Below, piece by piece: positions 8,450 through 18,222 of a DNA stretch of 64,000 bases. Under the pieces are notes generated by a model. That model saw only the letters and a list, made by a program, of their open reading frames with translations, did not search any database and was not told the origin of the DNA. The stretch covers positions 4,135 through 68,134 of the forward strand of contig JAHEDH010000001.1 of the NCBI GenBank assembly GCA_024641285.1, written 5' to 3'. The first letter of the stretch is position 1. Each line of letters opens with the position of its first letter. Origin of the DNA: a bacterium. GTDB lineage: Bacteria; Actinomycetota; Acidimicrobiia; Spongiisociales; ZC4RG35. The position numbers and the translations under genes are program-made.

Positions 8450-10777
8450 ATGAAGAAGCGGACACCGGTGCAACTGCCCGAGGAGATCTATCCCGACGAT
8501 CCGTGGGTTCTTCTCGAGGACCAATTCGCTCCCGACTTCCTGTACCTGACCGAGACGATCTTCGCGCTCACGAACGGCAGGATCGGTGTCCGCGGGTCGC
8601 TCGACGAGGGCGACCCGCACCACATCATCGGCACCTACATCAACGGCTTCCACGAGACCTGGCCGATCACGCACGCCGAGAGCGCATACGGGTTGGCCGA
8701 GGTGGGTCAGACGATGGTCACGATCCCCGACGGCACCCTCATCGAGGTGACGGTCGACGGCGAGCCGTTCCATCTGCCTTCGGTCGAGATCATCCGGTGC
8801 CGGCGGTGGCTCGACATCCAGCGGGGCATCCTGGAGCGGGACATCGCATGGAAATCACAGTCCGGCGTGACCGTCGAGATGCGTTTCCTCCGTTTCGTGT
8901 CGCTCGGCAGACCGGATCTCATCGTGTCCAGACTGGAGCTGTCCGTTGACATGCCGGCCGAGGTCACCGTCGTATCCAGGCTCCGCAACCGACTGGACGA
9001 GGTGGCCGATGCCGGCGACGAATCCGATCCCCGATTGGCGAAGCAGTTCTCCCAGCGGGTCCTGGAGCCGCGGGCCGCAACGCTCGAGGACTTCCGTTTC
9101 GTCCAGGCATGGGTGACATCGAGGTCCGGCATGGGACTGTTGTCGGGAATGGACCACGGTTTGTCGGGGCCGACACCCAGGGTGACACTCGACCGATCGG
9201 CGATGAACTTCGGCTTCGAGTTCTCGTGGAGCCTGACACCGGACGCAGGGGTGACGATCGACAAGTACGTCGTCGCCTCGGACAACGGCGATTCACCCGG
9301 GCTGGCGGAGCGACAAGCGATCGGGGCGACGCTCGACGAGGCCAAGGAACGGGGAGTCGCCGGCCTCGCCGCCGATCAGGCGCGTCATCTGGCCAGATTC
9401 TGGGCGGACAACGACATCGTCATCGAGGGCGCGGACGTCGAGACGCAGCGGGCGGTGCGGTGGACGCTGCTCCAGTTGCACTCGAACTCCGCTTGCCTCC
9501 GACACGCGAGCATCCCGGCCAAGGGACTCACCGGGCACGCCTACGACGGCCACTACTTCTGGGACACCGAGATCTACATCGTCCCGTTCCTGATCTACAC
9601 CAACCCGGCTGCGGCTCGAACCGTGCTCACACATCGATACGAGATGCTCGAACACGCCAGGGAGCGCGCCCGTGTCCTCTCACACGACGGGATCCTCTTT
9701 CCGTGGCGCACCATCAACGGGGAAGAGGCGTCCGCCTACTTCCTGGCAGGCACCGCCCAGTACCACATCAACGCGGACATCGTCTACGCGATCAGGAAGT
9801 ACGTCGAGGTCACAGGAGACCAGGAGTTCCTCTGGGAAATGGGCGCGGAGATCGTCCTGGAGACCGCCAAGTTCTGGCTCGACCTGGGCTTCTACCGGTC
9901 CGACCACTTCCACATCCATGGGGTGACGGGCCCGGACGAGTACACCGCACTGGTCGACGACAACGCCTACACAAATGCAATGGCGCGGATGAACCTCCGA
10001 TACGCCTTCGAGGTGGTCTCTCATCTGTCGAATGAGGACCCGGATCGATGGGACGACCTTCGAGCCAAGGTGGGGATCGCCGATGGGCAGGCGATCGAGT
10101 GGAGACTCGCCGCGGATGCCATGTACATCCCCCACGATCGCGATCTCGGGATCACACCCCAGGACGACGACTTCCTCGAGAAGGAGGCCTGGGACTTCGA
10201 GAACACGCCGGAATCGAAGTACCCGTTGCTGCTGCACTTCCACCCGCTCACCATCTACCGGTTCCAGGTGCTCAAACAGGCGGATGTCGTGCTCGCCGAC
10301 TTCCTGCTCGGCGAGGAGTTCAACCCCGAGCTGAAGCGGGCCAACTTCGACTTCTACGACCCGCTGACGACCGGGGACTCATCACTCAGCGCGTGCATCC
10401 AGGCGATCATGTCGGCGGAACTGGGGTACGAGTCGGCCGCGATGCGGCACTTCCAACACGCGCTGTACATGGACCTCGGCGACATCGCCGGCAACACGAC
10501 CGACGGCGTGCACATGGCGTCGGCCGGCGGGGTCTGGATGGCTTTGATCTACGGTTTCGCCGGCATGCGCGACGTGCGCGGGACGATCTCGTTCGACCCC
10601 AGGATGCCGAAGCAGTGGACATCGATGACCTTCCGTCTGGGCGTCCGAGGCGGCGCGCTCTCGGTCACGTTGAGCCACGAATCGATCACGCTTGTTTCGG
10701 GGCAGCCGATCGAGGTGATCGTCCGAGGCGACAGCCACACCGTCGAGCCGGGGGGCGGGACGGTCGTCCACCTCTGA
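8450..10777 (+). CDS. Glycoside hydrolase family 65 phosphorylase (kojibiose/trehalose/maltose-phosphorylase-like)
   Basis: About 775 aa; GH65 central catalytic region including GHYFWDTEIYIVPF. Start ambiguous (ATG 8414 or 8450). Confidence 0.8.
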   Translation: MKKRTPVQLPEEIYPDDPWVLLEDQFAPDFLYLTETIFALTNGRIGVRGSLDEGDPHHIIGTYINGFHETWPITHAESAYGLAEVGQTMVTIPDGTLIEVTVDGEPFHLPSVEIIRCRRWLDIQRGILERDIAWKSQSGVTVEMRFLRFVSLGRPDLIVSRLELSVDMPAEVTVVSRLRNRLDEVADAGDESDPRLAKQFSQRVLEPRAATLEDFRFVQAWVTSRSGMGLLSGMDHGLSGPTPRVTLDRSAMNFGFEFSWSLTPDAGVTIDKYVVASDNGDSPGLAERQAIGATLDEAKERGVAGLAADQARHLARFWADNDIVIEGADVETQRAVRWTLLQLHSNSACLRHASIPAKGLTGHAYDGHYFWDTEIYIVPFLIYTNPAAARTVLTHRYEMLEHARERARVLSHDGILFPWRTINGEEASAYFLAGTAQYHINADIVYAIRKYVEVTGDQEFLWEMGAEIVLETAKFWLDLGFYRSDHFHIHGVTGPDEYTALVDDNAYTNAMARMNLRYAFEVVSHLSNEDPDRWDDLRAKVGIADGQAIEWRLAADAMYIPHDRDLGITPQDDDFLEKEAWDFENTPESKYPLLLHFHPLTIYRFQVLKQADVVLADFLLGEEFNPELKRANFDFYDPLTTGDSSLSACIQAIMSAELGYESAAMRHFQHALYMDLGDIAGNTTDGVHMASAGGVWMALIYGFAGMRDVRGTISFDPRMPKQWTSMTFRLGVRGGALSVTLSHESITLVSGQPIEVIVRGDSHTVEPGGGTVVHL

Positions 10778-10795
10778 CTCGGTCGGGCCTGCCGC

Positions 10796-12151
10796 TCAGC
10801 CCTGAGGGGACACCGAGAGACGGAGCATCACCGCTTCGGAGTCGTACACCAGTCGGTAGTCGATCCCGTTGCGGCTGGTCGCCCCGTTGAGGCCTTGAAG
10901 TTGCGGGTCACGGACGTTCAGTCCCATCTCCGCCAGGATCAGGCCCCGCTCGTTCGGTTCCAGGGTCGGGTCGGCCACTGCGATCGCCAGACCGAGCGCC
11001 TGGATCCCCAACTGGTCCGAAGAAGAAGGCCCGGTCGGGTCGACCTCGATGGTGAAGGCGGTGAGTCCGCCTCCTGCCGAGCCCGGGAGGGAGCTGCCGA
11101 TCATCGCGATGTACTGGGTGAAGCCGACCTCGAAATCGCCTGCGGGAAGCGACGAGCGGAACCTCAGGTTCGGCGAGACCGTGGCGGCGGCGTCGTTCCA
11201 CCGTTGTACGAAGTCGTTCGAGGAGAGATCGAACACCGTCGGGTCGCCTGCCACCGTCGGCTCGACGACGGTCGTCGGCGTCGTGTCTACCGTCGTCGAA
11301 GGCGGGGTTGTGTCGGGAATCGTCGTCTGAGCGACCGTGTCCGGCGCAGGCTGGTCGTCACCGGTGAAGAAGTCGAGGACGACCGGGACGGCGAACACGA
11401 GTCCCGCAAGGACCGCGAGCGCGACCACCCCGAGGCCGATCTTCTTGAGGAGAGCAGGGTTGAAACCCATGGAACGTGCGCTCCGAAGCGTCCGCTGGCT
11501 CTCGAGTACCTCGTCGGCAACCGTGGACTCGCCGATCTCCTCGTCGAATTCGATCGGGGCATGCTCGTCGGTCGGGAACGAATAGCCGGCATCGCCGGGG
11601 ATCACGAAGCCGGAGGAGGCGCGCCGCTCTTCGGACTGGGGGTCGGCGCCGGACTCTTCGGCGTCAGGGTCCTCGTCGGCTTCCTGTCGCTCGCGAAACG
11701 AGCTCATCGCCGCGGCGAGCCGCTCACGCGACGACGGCCCGAATCTCGATACCGGCTCCTCGGCAGCAGTGGCCGGCTCTGAGCCGAACTCGGTGTCGTG
11801 GCCGTCCTGCAGAGTCGCGGAGGCGTCCTCGAGATCGGGCTCAGGCGGTAGCCCGGGGACCAGGGAGACGCGGTTCGGCTCCGGTGCCACCGGCCCGGAA
11901 TCGTCGTCTGCGTCACCGACCGCGTCGGCGAACGACGAGAAATCGGCGGGATAGAACGTCACCACATCGTCGGCGACCGACAACTCGTAGCCGCCGGAGT
12001 TGTTTCTTTCGAAGTGGATGGTGCCGCGATCCCAGAGGCCGATCTCCGCGAACGGAGTGGCCAATCTGATCTTCTCGTCCGTTATCTGCAGGTCGACATC
12101 GACCTCGTCGCCTTCGACGAGCACGATCCGACCGGGAAAGGTCCCGCTCAT
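10796..12151 (-). CDS. Hypothetical single-pass membrane protein, paralog A (cytoplasmic N-domain, acidic/Pro-Thr-rich linker, TM helix, conserved extracytoplasmic C-domain)
   Basis: TM LGVVALAVLAGLVFAVPVVL; C-terminal block ...ADPTLEPNERGLILAEMGLNVRDPQLQGLNGATSRNGIDYRLVY shared with the ORF at 13026..13982. Start chosen at M10 by alignment to the paralog. Confidence 0.6.
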   Translation of the reverse strand: MSGTFPGRIVLVEGDEVDVDLQITDEKIRLATPFAEIGLWDRGTIHFERNNSGGYELSVADDVVTFYPADFSSFADAVGDADDDSGPVAPEPNRVSLVPGLPPEPDLEDASATLQDGHDTEFGSEPATAAEEPVSRFGPSSRERLAAAMSSFRERQEADEDPDAEESGADPQSEERRASSGFVIPGDAGYSFPTDEHAPIEFDEEIGESTVADEVLESQRTLRSARSMGFNPALLKKIGLGVVALAVLAGLVFAVPVVLDFFTGDDQPAPDTVAQTTIPDTTPPSTTVDTTPTTVVEPTVAGDPTVFDLSSNDFVQRWNDAAATVSPNLRFRSSLPAGDFEVGFTQYIAMIGSSLPGSAGGGLTAFTIEVDPTGPSSSDQLGIQALGLAIAVADPTLEPNERGLILAEMGLNVRDPQLQGLNGATSRNGIDYRLVYDSEAVMLRLSVSPQG

Positions 12152-12247
12152 CTCTCGTCGCTTCTCAAGTGGATGCATAGCACTCTATGTCGGCGAACCG
12201 GCCGCTCTTCTTGAATCTCGTCGATCAAATGGGCCGATCGAACCGAA

Positions 12248-12907
12248 TCAGCCCCAGCAATGGCGGCTCGGGTTCCAGTGCGACCAGCCGCCCCCTTGAT
12301 ACACCAGCCAGGCCGCGACCGCGACGTTCGCCTCAGGATCGAAGATGTCTGCGCCCGCCAGCCCCGCCTTGACGCTCCGTTCGGGCCAGAACCGCCCGAG
12401 GTGTTGGAAGAGCCCGCTGGCCGACGACCGAGGATTCTTGGCGTCGGGGTCCCCGGATGACTCGCAGCCGATCACCCGGAGCGCCCGCGCGACATCCGTC
12501 GGGGCGAAATGTGCCTCGACCAAAGGGCGCCAGGTCTCCACATTGCGGGGGGCCAACGCCTTCCGCACGACGGCGGCCGGCTGGGCCTGGACGGCCCGCT
12601 TGGCCGGCGTCGCGCTCTCCGGCTCGGAGGTCGCGGGCAAGGGGAACTGCAGCCCGCCGCCCACCACCGTGGGGGCACAGGTCGCTCCTTCTCGCGGGAT
12701 TGCACACCCTGGGGGGAGGACGGCAGTCGTCGTGGTGGTCGAATCGACCACGGCCGAGAACTCCACCACCAGTGAGAACGATGCATGGGCCGGGCTCACG
12801 TCGACCGATGTGAGATGACCGGCGCCCGTCGACGTCCAGGCGCCACCGACGAACATCAGCGATGCGAGAACACCGAGACCGGTGAGATATGACGCAGCAG
12901 CACGCAC
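12248..12907 (-). CDS. Secreted SLT-domain (lytic transglycosylase-like) protein
   Basis: Signal peptide; motif CESSGDPDAKNPRSSASGLFQHLGRFW fits the SLT pattern E-S-x(n)-S-x-A-x-G-L-x-Q. Confidence 0.55.
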   Translation of the reverse strand: MRAAASYLTGLGVLASLMFVGGAWTSTGAGHLTSVDVSPAHASFSLVVEFSAVVDSTTTTTAVLPPGCAIPREGATCAPTVVGGGLQFPLPATSEPESATPAKRAVQAQPAAVVRKALAPRNVETWRPLVEAHFAPTDVARALRVIGCESSGDPDAKNPRSSASGLFQHLGRFWPERSVKAGLAGADIFDPEANVAVAAWLVYQGGGWSHWNPSRHCWG

Positions 12908-13025
12908 GGAAGTGACCTCCGCAAGATTGGGAACGCGGCATCGGCCGCAGGGAGCCCGACTGGTGGGCTTCGGTGACGAGAAGGCTATGCGGGGATCAAC
13001 GCCAATGCAAACGGGCGCGGCCGGC

Positions 13026-13982
13026 TCAGGCCTCGGGAGCGATGGTCAGCAGGACCGAGGAGAAGGACTGGAAGTACTTCATCGTGTATCGGATGCCGTT
13101 ACGCGAGGTCTCGCCGTCGAGGCCGCCGAGCTCGGGGAATCTGACGTCGAGTCCCATCTCTGCGAGGATCTCCCGCCGATCGAGCTCGCTCAGCGACGGA
13201 TCGGCGACCGTCATGGCGATGCCCCAGGAGACGATCGTCAGCTGGTCGCTGTCGGTGTCCCCGGACGGGTCGGCCACGACGACGAGCGAGCGGACGTCAC
13301 CCTCATCGTCCGTTGTGCCCTGAAGTGAGATGAGCGGCGCCAACTGGGTGTCGAACGATCCGCGAGGCAGGGCGTCCCTGATGAGCAGATTCGCCCCGAA
13401 CCTGGTCGCGACCCGGTTCCATTCGACCACGAGGAGCGAGGGCTCGAGGTCGAATGCGCTGACATCCGGGATCTCGGCACTGGTCGAGGGGCCGTCGAGT
13501 GTCACGGGCGGGGCGGTCACCGGTTCGTCTGCGAACACCGCTCGCACGAGCCACGTGCCGGCGAACACGATGACGATGACGACTGCCAGCACACCGAGCA
13601 GCGGCGACTTGAGCAGCGAAAGGTCGATGGGTGGGGTCCTCTGCCGCGGGGAATCGACGGCAGGCTCGAGGTCCTCGACCTTGTCCACCGACCGCACCAC
13701 GTTGATCCGGTCGGCCAGACTCGACGCCTTGAATCGCTGGGCTGCAACGATGGCGAACTGCCTGGCGTCGTCGGGTTCGAATGAGACGATCTCACCGTCG
13801 ACGCTGATCCGATAGGTGGACGCGTCCAGCTTGGAGACGCGGCAGTATTTGATCGGCCACGTCCCGATCAGCACGCTGTCTGCGCGCAGCGTGAGCGCGT
13901 CGGGCGATATCTCGAGGTCCACCGCCACGACATCCTGTTCAGGAAGTGTCAGCTTCCCGGAAAAGCGGTCGGCCACGGACAT
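13026..13982 (-). CDS. Hypothetical single-pass membrane protein, paralog B
   Basis: Same architecture as 10796..12151. N-domain (VAVDLEISPDALTLRADSVLIGTWPIKYCRVSKLDASTYRISVDGEIVSFEPDD) parallels paralog A; C-terminal ...ADPSLSELDRREILAEMGLDVRFPELGGLDGETSRNGIRYTMKY. ATG 13982 preceded by GGTGAGG. Confidence 0.6.
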   Translation of the reverse strand: MSVADRFSGKLTLPEQDVVAVDLEISPDALTLRADSVLIGTWPIKYCRVSKLDASTYRISVDGEIVSFEPDDARQFAIVAAQRFKASSLADRINVVRSVDKVEDLEPAVDSPRQRTPPIDLSLLKSPLLGVLAVVIVIVFAGTWLVRAVFADEPVTAPPVTLDGPSTSAEIPDVSAFDLEPSLLVVEWNRVATRFGANLLIRDALPRGSFDTQLAPLISLQGTTDDEGDVRSLVVVADPSGDTDSDQLTIVSWGIAMTVADPSLSELDRREILAEMGLDVRFPELGGLDGETSRNGIRYTMKYFQSFSSVLLTIAPEA

Positions 13983-14097
13983 CACGGTACCTCACCCGGA
14001 GTGGCATGTTCCAGCTTTCGACCCCGGCCCCGAGACTCATTCTCGACCGGGGAGAACGGGATTTCCGGCCGCAGAGGCGATCGGCGACAATGCGGCC

Positions 14098-15546
14098 ATG
14101 CGCTCGATGCTCGCCGGCGCGCTCGTCTTCTTCACGTCTGCGACCGTTCTGATCCTCGAGATCCTGGCGGGACGTCTCCTCGCGCCGTACGCCGGAGTGA
14201 CGCTCGAGACCTTCACGGCGATCATCGGCGTGGTGCTCGGCGGCATCGCCACAGGCACATGGCTGGGCGGTCGCCTGGCCGATCGGGCCGATGCGCCGGA
14301 GACCTTGATTGGGCCCGTGATGATCCTGAGCGGGGCACTGGCGGCCTCCACGGTGCCGCTCGCCCGCCTGCTCGGGCCGTCGATGGGCACCGACGGCATC
14401 GCCGGCCTGATCCTGCTCACCGTGATCGCCATCCTGCCGGCCACGGCCGTGCTCTCGGCGATTCCTCCGATCATCGTCAAGATCGTGCTCGACGACCTCG
14501 GACGCACGGGAGCGACCGTCGGCAGGATCTCGGCACTCGGGACCGCCGGCGCGCTCTTCGGAACATTCACGAGCGGCTTCCTCCTGGTCGCAACCCTCCC
14601 GACATCAGTGATCGTGCTGGCGGTTGCACTGCTCACGGCGGCCGCCGGGATCGTGCTCTGGTTTCGCTTCCGGCCCTCGAACCAGGCGCTCGCGACGATT
14701 GCACTGATCGGACTCGCAGCTGGGTCGGTGCTCACGGCGGCGGTACAGAGCCCATGCGACGTCGAAACGGCATACTTCTGCGCCTCGGAGGTCGCCGATC
14801 CGGACGATCCCGGTTCCTCGTTCCTCGTCCTGGACACAGTGACCCATGCCTATGTCGACATGGACGACCCGACGAGACTGCGGTTCACGTCGATTCGGAT
14901 GTTCGCCTCAGCCATCGATGCGATGACGGCTGGTCCCGTGTCCGCCGTGCACATCGGCGGCGGCGGGTATTCGATGCCGAGTTGGCTCACCGCGACCCGG
15001 CCTGGATCGAAGAACGTCGTCCTCGAACTCGATGGATCACTGGTCGAGTTCGTCGAAGATCGGTTCCATCCTGCACCGGTGGACCGGACCATCGTGGGAG
15101 ACGCCCGCGTGTCACTCGACGAGGCGGGCGACGGGTTCGATGTCGCCATCGGCGACGCCTTCGGCGGCCTCGCCGTTCCCTGGCATCTGACCACCCGGGA
15201 GTTCCTCGAAGAGATCTCCGATTCGCTCACCGAAGACGGGTTCTACGTGATGAACCTGATCGATCACGGTGATCTCGATTTCCTGAGAGCCGAACTGTCG
15301 ACCGCGCAGGCGGTGTTTCCCCACGTCGCGGTTGTCACGGTGCCTGAGCGCTTCGAAATCGGCGGGAACTTCATGCTGGTCGCCTCGAAACGCCCGATCC
15401 CCGAGGACGCGATCATCGCCGAGGCAGAGAAGCTCGAGTTGGTGGTCACAGCCGTCGGCGGCGACGGGCTCGACGTGTTCATCGATGGTGCGCCGGTGCT
15501 CATCGACGACTTCGCCCCGGTGGATCAGCTGCTCGCCACGTCCTGA
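14098..15546 (+). CDS. Spermidine-synthase-like (aminopropyltransferase fold) protein fused to an N-terminal polytopic membrane domain
   Basis: About seven hydrophobic helices followed by a spermidine-synthase-like domain (HIGGGGYSMPSW...DVAIGDAFGG...REFLEEISDSLTEDGFYVMNL). Start at ATG 14098; the listed ORF's upstream part overlaps the preceding minus-strand gene. Confidence 0.7.
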   Translation: MRSMLAGALVFFTSATVLILEILAGRLLAPYAGVTLETFTAIIGVVLGGIATGTWLGGRLADRADAPETLIGPVMILSGALAASTVPLARLLGPSMGTDGIAGLILLTVIAILPATAVLSAIPPIIVKIVLDDLGRTGATVGRISALGTAGALFGTFTSGFLLVATLPTSVIVLAVALLTAAAGIVLWFRFRPSNQALATIALIGLAAGSVLTAAVQSPCDVETAYFCASEVADPDDPGSSFLVLDTVTHAYVDMDDPTRLRFTSIRMFASAIDAMTAGPVSAVHIGGGGYSMPSWLTATRPGSKNVVLELDGSLVEFVEDRFHPAPVDRTIVGDARVSLDEAGDGFDVAIGDAFGGLAVPWHLTTREFLEEISDSLTEDGFYVMNLIDHGDLDFLRAELSTAQAVFPHVAVVTVPERFEIGGNFMLVASKRPIPEDAIIAEAEKLELVVTAVGGDGLDVFIDGAPVLIDDFAPVDQLLATS

Positions 15547-15552
15547 TCAGAC

Positions 15553-16572
15553 TCAGCCGACCAGTTCCGCCATCGTCTCCAGCAGAGTCGGGGGACCCGA
15601 CACGGCGATCGTGGTGACGACCGTCTCCTCCCACCTGGCCAGATCGTCCCGGATTCGCTCCCGTGACCCGATCAAGGCGACATCTGAGACCATGTCGACG
15701 GGGATCGCGGCCTCTGCCCCGCCCTTGTCGCCACCGAGGTACAAGTCCTGGACGCGCTCGCACACCGACTCCCAGCCCACTCTCGCCAAGACCTCGAAGT
15801 GGAAGTTCGCCCCCTTTGCACCCATGCCGCCGACGTAGAGCGCCAGCATCGGCCGGATGCGGTCGGCAGCTCGTTCGAGATCGTCGTCGATGACCACCGG
15901 AACCGGGCACATCACCTCGAAGCCTGCACCGTCCTTGCCGGCCTTCTCGAACCCGGCGGCCAGCGCCTGGCGGTAGAAGTCGTCCGATTTGGGCGAGAAC
16001 CAGAACGGCAGCCATCCGTCGCACAACTCGGCCGCCAGAGCCACGTTCTTCGGGCCCTCGGCCGCGAGATAGATCGGAAGGTCGGTCCGCAACGGATGGA
16101 TCGTCGACTTGAGCGGCTTGCCCAAACCGGTCCCGTCCGACAATGGGAGCTGGAAGTGGGCTCCGTCATGGGTGACGGGAGCCTCCCGACTGATCACCTG
16201 TCGAACGATCTCGATGTACTCACGGCTGAAAGCCAGTGGCTTGGCGTACGGCCGGCCGTACCACCCTTCGACGACCTGGGGGCCCGAGACCCCGAGTCCC
16301 ATGACGAACCTGCCTCCGCTGAGATGATCCATCGTCATGGCTGCCATCGCAGCTGCGGTCGGGGTCCGTGCGGCCATCTGCATGATGCCCGTCCCGAGCT
16401 TGATCCGCTCGGTCCCACTCCCCCACCATGCCAGCGGGGTCAGCGCATCGGACCCGTACGCCTCGGCGGTCCAGACAGAATCGAACCCGAGCCGTTCGGC
16501 GAGCTTCACGAGCTCGGCGGCGCCTTCGGGAGGACCCGCTCCCCAGTATCCGATGCTCAACGCCAGCTTCAC
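15553..16572 (-). CDS. LLM-class (luciferase-like) F420-dependent oxidoreductase
   Basis: LLM TIM-barrel pattern (LALSIGYWGAG...DSVWTAEAYGSD...GTGIMQMAARTP). GTG start 16570-16572 after GGTGGCGAGAGGA; upstream ORF extension not supported. Confidence 0.75.
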   Translation of the reverse strand: MKLALSIGYWGAGPPEGAAELVKLAERLGFDSVWTAEAYGSDALTPLAWWGSGTERIKLGTGIMQMAARTPTAAAMAAMTMDHLSGGRFVMGLGVSGPQVVEGWYGRPYAKPLAFSREYIEIVRQVISREAPVTHDGAHFQLPLSDGTGLGKPLKSTIHPLRTDLPIYLAAEGPKNVALAAELCDGWLPFWFSPKSDDFYRQALAAGFEKAGKDGAGFEVMCPVPVVIDDDLERAADRIRPMLALYVGGMGAKGANFHFEVLARVGWESVCERVQDLYLGGDKGGAEAAIPVDMVSDVALIGSRERIRDDLARWEETVVTTIAVSGPPTLLETMAELVG

Positions 16573-16669
16573 TCGAATCCTCTCGCCACCGGTCGCGGAC
16601 TCTATCCCACCCGAGGCGACCGAGCAGTGTGCCGGGCCATAAGATCGAGATCCCCGACCGGAGTACGCC

Positions 16670-18220
16670 TTGATCCACACCAGCACGTTGCCCGAAGTCG
16701 AGATCCCGGACATCGCGATCACGCCGTTCGTCCTGCGGATGGTGCCGCAGCTGGCCGACCATCCTGCGATGATCGACGGCCCGACGGGGCGGACCTACAC
16801 CTACGCGCAACTGGCGGACGCCACCGCTCGCGTCGCAGGCGGGCTGACGGCGAGCGGCTTCGGACGCGGATCGACGCTTGCCGTGCTCCTCCCGAACATG
16901 CCCGAGTACTTCCTGGCATTCCACGGTGCTGCGATGGCGGGCGGGACGGTCACGACCATCAACCCCACGTACGGCCCGTCGGAGGTCAACCACCAGTTGA
17001 TCGATTCGGGTGCGGGCTCGCTGGTGACCATCCCGATGTTCGTCGAGACGGCGAGAGCAGCGGTCGAAGGGACGAACGTGGAGACGATCTACGTCATCGG
17101 GGATGCGCCCGAGGGGACGACGCCGTTCGCCACCCTGATGCAGGCCGAGCCGCTCGCCGACCAGGCCGAGGTGGACGTCCACGAGGACGTGATGGTGCTG
17201 CCATATTCGTCCGGCACGACCGGTCTTCCCAAGGGCGTCATGCTGACGCACAACAACCTCGTCGCCAACATCGTCCAGACGGAGCCGATCCTCGAAGTCA
17301 AGGCGGGTGAGGAGCGGGTGATCGCCGTGCTCCCGTTCTTCCACATCTACGGCATGGAAGTGTTGATGAACGCCGTGATCGCCAGGGGCGGCACCGTCGT
17401 GACGATGCCGCGTTTCGATCTCGAAGAGTTCCTCACCCTCATTCAAGATTCGGGCATCACGATCGCCTACGTCGTGCCCCCGATCATCCTCGCACTGGCG
17501 AAACACCCGATGGTCGATCAGTTCGATCTCTCCTCACTGCGATTGGTGTTCTCTGGCGCCGCCCCCCTCGGCGCAGAGGTCGCCCTCGAGGCAGCAGCGC
17601 GGATCGGTTGCGACGTCGTCCAGGGCTACGGAATGACCGAGCTCTCTCCGGTGACCCACTCCACGCCGATGGGCGGGTTCAAACCGGGTTCGATCGGACT
17701 CACCATCTCGAACACCGAGGTTCGGATCGTCGACCCCGAGACCGGTCAGGACCTTGGAATGGACGAGGACGGCGAGTTGTGGATCCGCGGCCCTCAGAGG
17801 ATGAAGGGCTACTTGAACAATCCGGAGGCAACTGCGATCACCATCGATGAGGACGGCTGGCTCCACACGGGCGACATCGGCCACGTCGATTCCGACGGCC
17901 ACTTCTACATCGTCGACCGGCTCAAGGAGCTCATCAAGTACAAGGGGTTCCAGGTCCCGCCCGCCGAGCTCGAGGCGCTCCTGCTGACCCATCCCGCGGT
18001 GGCCGACGCAGCGGTCATCGGCGTCCCCGACGAGGAGGCCGGCGAGCTCCCGAAGGGGTTCGTCGTCCTGAAGCCCGGCGCCGAGGCGAGCGAGGGCGAC
18101 ATCAAGGAGTTCGTGGCCCAGGCGGTTGCTGGGTACAAGCAGCTCCGAATCGTCGAGTTCATCGACGTGATCCCGAAGTCGGCCAGCGGGAAGATCCTCC
18201 GCCGCGAACTTCGGAGCTGA
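16670..18220 (+). CDS. AMP-dependent acyl-CoA ligase (FadD / 4-coumarate-CoA ligase family)
   Basis: AMP-binding motifs YSSGTTGLPKGV, GYGMTE, TGDIGHVDSDGHFYIVDRLKELIKYKG. Confidence 0.85.
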   Translation: MIHTSTLPEVEIPDIAITPFVLRMVPQLADHPAMIDGPTGRTYTYAQLADATARVAGGLTASGFGRGSTLAVLLPNMPEYFLAFHGAAMAGGTVTTINPTYGPSEVNHQLIDSGAGSLVTIPMFVETARAAVEGTNVETIYVIGDAPEGTTPFATLMQAEPLADQAEVDVHEDVMVLPYSSGTTGLPKGVMLTHNNLVANIVQTEPILEVKAGEERVIAVLPFFHIYGMEVLMNAVIARGGTVVTMPRFDLEEFLTLIQDSGITIAYVVPPIILALAKHPMVDQFDLSSLRLVFSGAAPLGAEVALEAAARIGCDVVQGYGMTELSPVTHSTPMGGFKPGSIGLTISNTEVRIVDPETGQDLGMDEDGELWIRGPQRMKGYLNNPEATAITIDEDGWLHTGDIGHVDSDGHFYIVDRLKELIKYKGFQVPPAELEALLLTHPAVADAAVIGVPDEEAGELPKGFVVLKPGAEASEGDIKEFVAQAVAGYKQLRIVEFIDVIPKSASGKILRRELRS

Positions 18221-18222
18221 GG

